Below, piece by piece: positions 25,881-28,043 of a stretch of DNA of 28,043 bases. The notes under the pieces are model-generated. The model was not told where the DNA came from. It searched no databases and was given only the letters and a program-made list of their open reading frames with translations. The DNA comes from a virus (taxonomy: Duplodnaviria; Caudoviricetes). Location: positions 1 to 28,043 of IMG/VR virus record IMGVR_UViG_3300044613_001908; one strand, written 5' to 3'. Position 1 is the first letter of the stretch; each line of letters begins with the position of its first letter. The translations under genes and the position numbers were made by a program.

Positions 25881-26612
25881 ATGAATGATCTGTCTTCAAA
25901 AGATTTTCCGTCTTGTATCGCCGATCTTGATCCAGGCAAGACTTACAACAAAGGCCAATTGCTCAACATCCGCATTGGACGCAATCGCTTTTTGACCGAG
26001 GCTCTGCTGAATGATCCCCTTGCTCCACGTTTCGAATGCGTGGTTAACGCCAAACTTTATTCAGGCAAGGATTTGATCGACTACGCCAGCGGCGTCAACA
26101 GCGATCTGTCCGAAATTGACCAACAGGTAATAGCCAGCATCAATGACCGCGTCAGCGCTGCGTTCAAGAAAGAACACGCAGCCATTCAGGAGGCGTGGTG
26201 CAATTTGGAAGATGAGCGGAACAAGTGGCGAGATGAAAAGCTGCAAGCCTTGCGACTGGATATTCTGTCGGCGTTATCTGCCGATCGGGTGCGGCGTTGC
26301 GCCATCAATCCTTTGACGAAGCAAAGCGGCGTTTATTTCCTCAAGCTCAACCAAGAAATTGTTTACGTTGGCCAATCGGTCAATATGTCGGCGCGGGTGT
26401 CTGGCCATTGGGACAAAGACTTTGATGAAGTGACGTTTTTTTTCTGCGATCCCGCCGAGCTGAACACATGGGAAGGGTTTTTTATTCGTCTTTTGCGACC
26501 GCGCCTGAATGGCGGGGTTGCGACGAACAAGGCAAATCTGTCTGCGCCCTCTAGTGTTTTGTGGGACCGAGTAGAAGAATGGAAAAATGACTTACAGGCG
26601 AAAAATCAATGA
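25881..26612 (+). CDS. GIY-YIG nuclease-domain protein with N-terminal extension; start revised to 25881
   Basis: SGVYFL..IVYVGQS..ARVSGH..WEGFFIRLLRPRLN. Lower GC than neighbours. The promoter occupies the start given in the ORF track. Confidence 0.85.
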   Translation: MNDLSSKDFPSCIADLDPGKTYNKGQLLNIRIGRNRFLTEALLNDPLAPRFECVVNAKLYSGKDLIDYASGVNSDLSEIDQQVIASINDRVSAAFKKEHAAIQEAWCNLEDERNKWRDEKLQALRLDILSALSADRVRRCAINPLTKQSGVYFLKLNQEIVYVGQSVNMSARVSGHWDKDFDEVTFFFCDPAELNTWEGFFIRLLRPRLNGGVATNKANLSAPSSVLWDRVEEWKNDLQAKNQ

Positions 26613-26779
26613 GTTCTGAAGCTCACAAACGCGCGTGGCGCAAACATGATGCTAAGCGTCCGCGCCCTGTTAGCGTGCGGTTTAGCGCGCAAGACCTGGA
26701 GGCATTAAACGCTGCTCGTCGTCCTGATGAGGCGCTTAGCCAATGCGTTCGCCGTTTGATTTATGAGAGGCTGCATTAG
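26609..26779 (+). CDS. Unannotated 56-aa ribbon-helix-helix-like DNA-binding protein
   Basis: MSSEAHKRAWRKHDAKRPRPVSVRFSAQDLEALNAARRPDEALSQCVRRLIYERLH. ATGA overlap with the GIY-YIG stop; beta-strand VSVRF then two helices. Confidence 0.8.
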   Translation: MSSEAHKRAWRKHDAKRPRPVSVRFSAQDLEALNAARRPDEALSQCVRRLIYERLH

Positions 26780-26792
26780 CCCTTGTTTTTGT

Positions 26793-26996
26793 TCAATGTA
26801 GCCTGACCGTTGCCGGACAGAACCTCTCGGACAAGATCCACACGCGCTTGCCCCCAACATCATACTGGCATTCCCACACCCAACGGTAAGTTACTGTCTG
26901 GACGTGGTTAGAGCGGCCTGTCCATGTGCCGAGGACGGCGGCCCATGCGGGAGTTATGGAAAGCAAGACGATTGCAAGGGCAAAAACTGCGCGCAT
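26793..26996 (-). CDS. Small exported protein (signal peptide, two Cys)
   Basis: MRAVFALAIVLLSITPAWA|A with an AxA cleavage site and a ~48-aa beta-rich mature part. Abuts the upstream stop. Confidence 0.75.
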   Translation of the reverse strand: MRAVFALAIVLLSITPAWAAVLGTWTGRSNHVQTVTYRWVWECQYDVGGKRVWILSERFCPATVRLH

Positions 26997-27203
26997 TTAT
27001 GCCCCAACGGCTTTCGGCGGTCTGCCCCTGCGTTTAGGGGCGTCCGTGAGGGGAATGATCTGGGCTTGAGCCTTGCGCTCCTGATGCTCGCCGCACCAGT
27101 CAGAGGCTTGGACAACGGGCCAGACCGCCGCCATCGCGCCCATTGCGGGAGGCCAGCGGCGGCATATTCCGTCCGTGTTAAACCGGCAGGTTGAGCACGT
27201 CAC
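26997..27203 (-). CDS. Small four-Cys metal-binding protein with AT-hook-like tail; start revised to GTG 27203
   Basis: MTCSTCRF..ICRRWPP..WPVV..DWCGEH..KRRGRPPK. GTGA overlap. Confidence 0.75.
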   Translation of the reverse strand: MTCSTCRFNTDGICRRWPPAMGAMAAVWPVVQASDWCGEHQERKAQAQIIPLTDAPKRRGRPPKAVGA

Positions 27204-27457
27204 TTGCTTTTCGTCCCCTTGCAGTTCCACCGATCGCGAGACAGGCGGAGCGGGGAGTTGGGGTTCGCTGCGGCCTTGGGGAAATCCCGCATCTGGCCGG
27301 CGGAGCGGGCGCAAAATGAATTTCCTTTTAAGGTTCCAGGCTGGACCCTTGGCCCGCCGTCTTTGGCCGGTCCGGCCTGCCCGTAAGAGACTTTTTTCCC
27401 GCTCGCCGTGACCTTAACGCGGGCTTTACCTTCTGCGGGAGTTGTTTTGTTTGCCAT
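27200..27457 (-). CDS. Small basic phage protein (SFCAR motif)
   Basis: 85 aa: KKVSYGQAG..NSFCARSAG..NSPLRLSRDRWNC. RBS present and coupled to neighbours. Confidence 0.8.
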   Translation of the reverse strand: MANKTTPAEGKARVKVTASGKKVSYGQAGPAKDGGPRVQPGTLKGNSFCARSAGQMRDFPKAAANPNSPLRLSRDRWNCKGTKSK

Positions 27458-27459
27458 TC

Positions 27460-27627
27460 TTATTTCCCCTTTTTGTTTGGGGATTTAGCCGTTTTTGCGC
27501 TCTCGCGGAACGCGGCTGCGGTTGGCGCGCCTTTTGTGCCCGGCTTCCTCATCGTCTCGCCCGATCCGGCGGCGATGCGCGCCCGCTTGGCGTTGATGTT
27601 GTGATACAGGCCCGGCGGCTTCGCCAT
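27460..27627 (-). CDS. Small basic phage protein (GLYxNIxAKR motif); start revised to 27627
   Basis: MAKPPGLYHNINAKRARIAAGSGETMRKPGTKGAPTAAAFRESAKTAK. GGAGG RBS. Confidence 0.8.
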   Translation of the reverse strand: MAKPPGLYHNINAKRARIAAGSGETMRKPGTKGAPTAAAFRESAKTAKSPNKKGK

Positions 27628-27629
27628 CG

Positions 27630-27977
27630 TCAATCCTCCAGCGGGATTTCCCAAGGACGCGGGATTTGCAGCTCATGATAATCGTGGCCGATCCATAGGT
27701 CAATTGCGACCCGTTTGGGGTTGTCAAGGACGATCGCCACGCATCGCGGCCAGGTTCTGGTGGGCTTGTAGTTACCCGGAAAAGCCGCCGTCCACATCTC
27801 CGCGACGGCGTGCCTGGCCGCTTCCTCGATTAAGTGTTGAGCCTGCCGGCGCTTTTGCTTGCCGAGGTCCAATTCCCGAATGGTTTCCGTCACATGGGCG
27901 ACGATCGCCGTGATGAACTCATCGTCAATCATGTGCGGATAAAACAGGGCTTGCCAGACGTTGAGCTTAGCGACCAT
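27630..27977 (-). CDS. Hypothetical protein
   Basis: 115 aa with GGAG RBS; ends 2 bp before the next start. Confidence 0.7.
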   Translation of the reverse strand: MVAKLNVWQALFYPHMIDDEFITAIVAHVTETIRELDLGKQKRRQAQHLIEEAARHAVAEMWTAAFPGNYKPTRTWPRCVAIVLDNPKRVAIDLWIGHDYHELQIPRPWEIPLED

Positions 27978-28000
27978 GGCGGGGGCTCCGGAAAGGAAGG

Positions 28001-28043
28001 CGGCGCCCGCTAAGCTTGGGGAAGCGGGGGGAAGCGGGCGCCG
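28001..28043. repeat. 11-bp GC-rich inverted repeat (hairpin) in the leader of the 27977 gene
   Basis: CGGCGCCCGCT at 28001-28011 and AGCGGGCGCCG at 28033-28043. It may extend beyond the window. Confidence 0.6.

Larger units (their letters stand above)
1..28043 (-). mobile_element. Podovirus-like (P22-type morphogenesis module) phage or prophage genome segment
   Basis: Co-oriented order terS-terL-portal-scaffold-coat-adaptor-hub-needle-GNAT-ejection proteins-tailspike, with many ATGA/TAATG overlaps. No tape measure, sheath or tube gene and no host housekeeping gene seen. Confidence 0.95.

Overview
The whole window is the virion-morphogenesis arm of a tailed phage or prophage with P22-like podovirus architecture, about 60% GC by eye and almost entirely on the minus strand. 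Reading right to left: small basic and Cys-rich genes, terS, terL, portal, scaffold, P22-type coat, a small cement-like protein, a GT-A glycosyltransferase-like gene, a gp4-like adaptor, a candidate head-spike module (Rcc01079-like base, an unannotated 48-aa ORF, a fibre, a small ORF and a beta-helix spike), two tiny basic proteins, a gp10-like hub, a needle-like protein, a GNAT, three ejection proteins, a protein with two tandem ART-PolyVal-like modules, an anchored tailspike and membrane proteins that may start the lysis region. Two plus-strand moron-like insertions have their own sigma70-type promoters: a 4-TM protein and a GIY-YIG plus RHH pair. Each sits beside an AT-rich non-coding region with ~11-bp phased repeats, and the two regions share sequence motifs. 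I found no tRNA, rRNA, CRISPR array, integrase or replication gene. All family assignments come from motif recognition and gene order, not from database searches.
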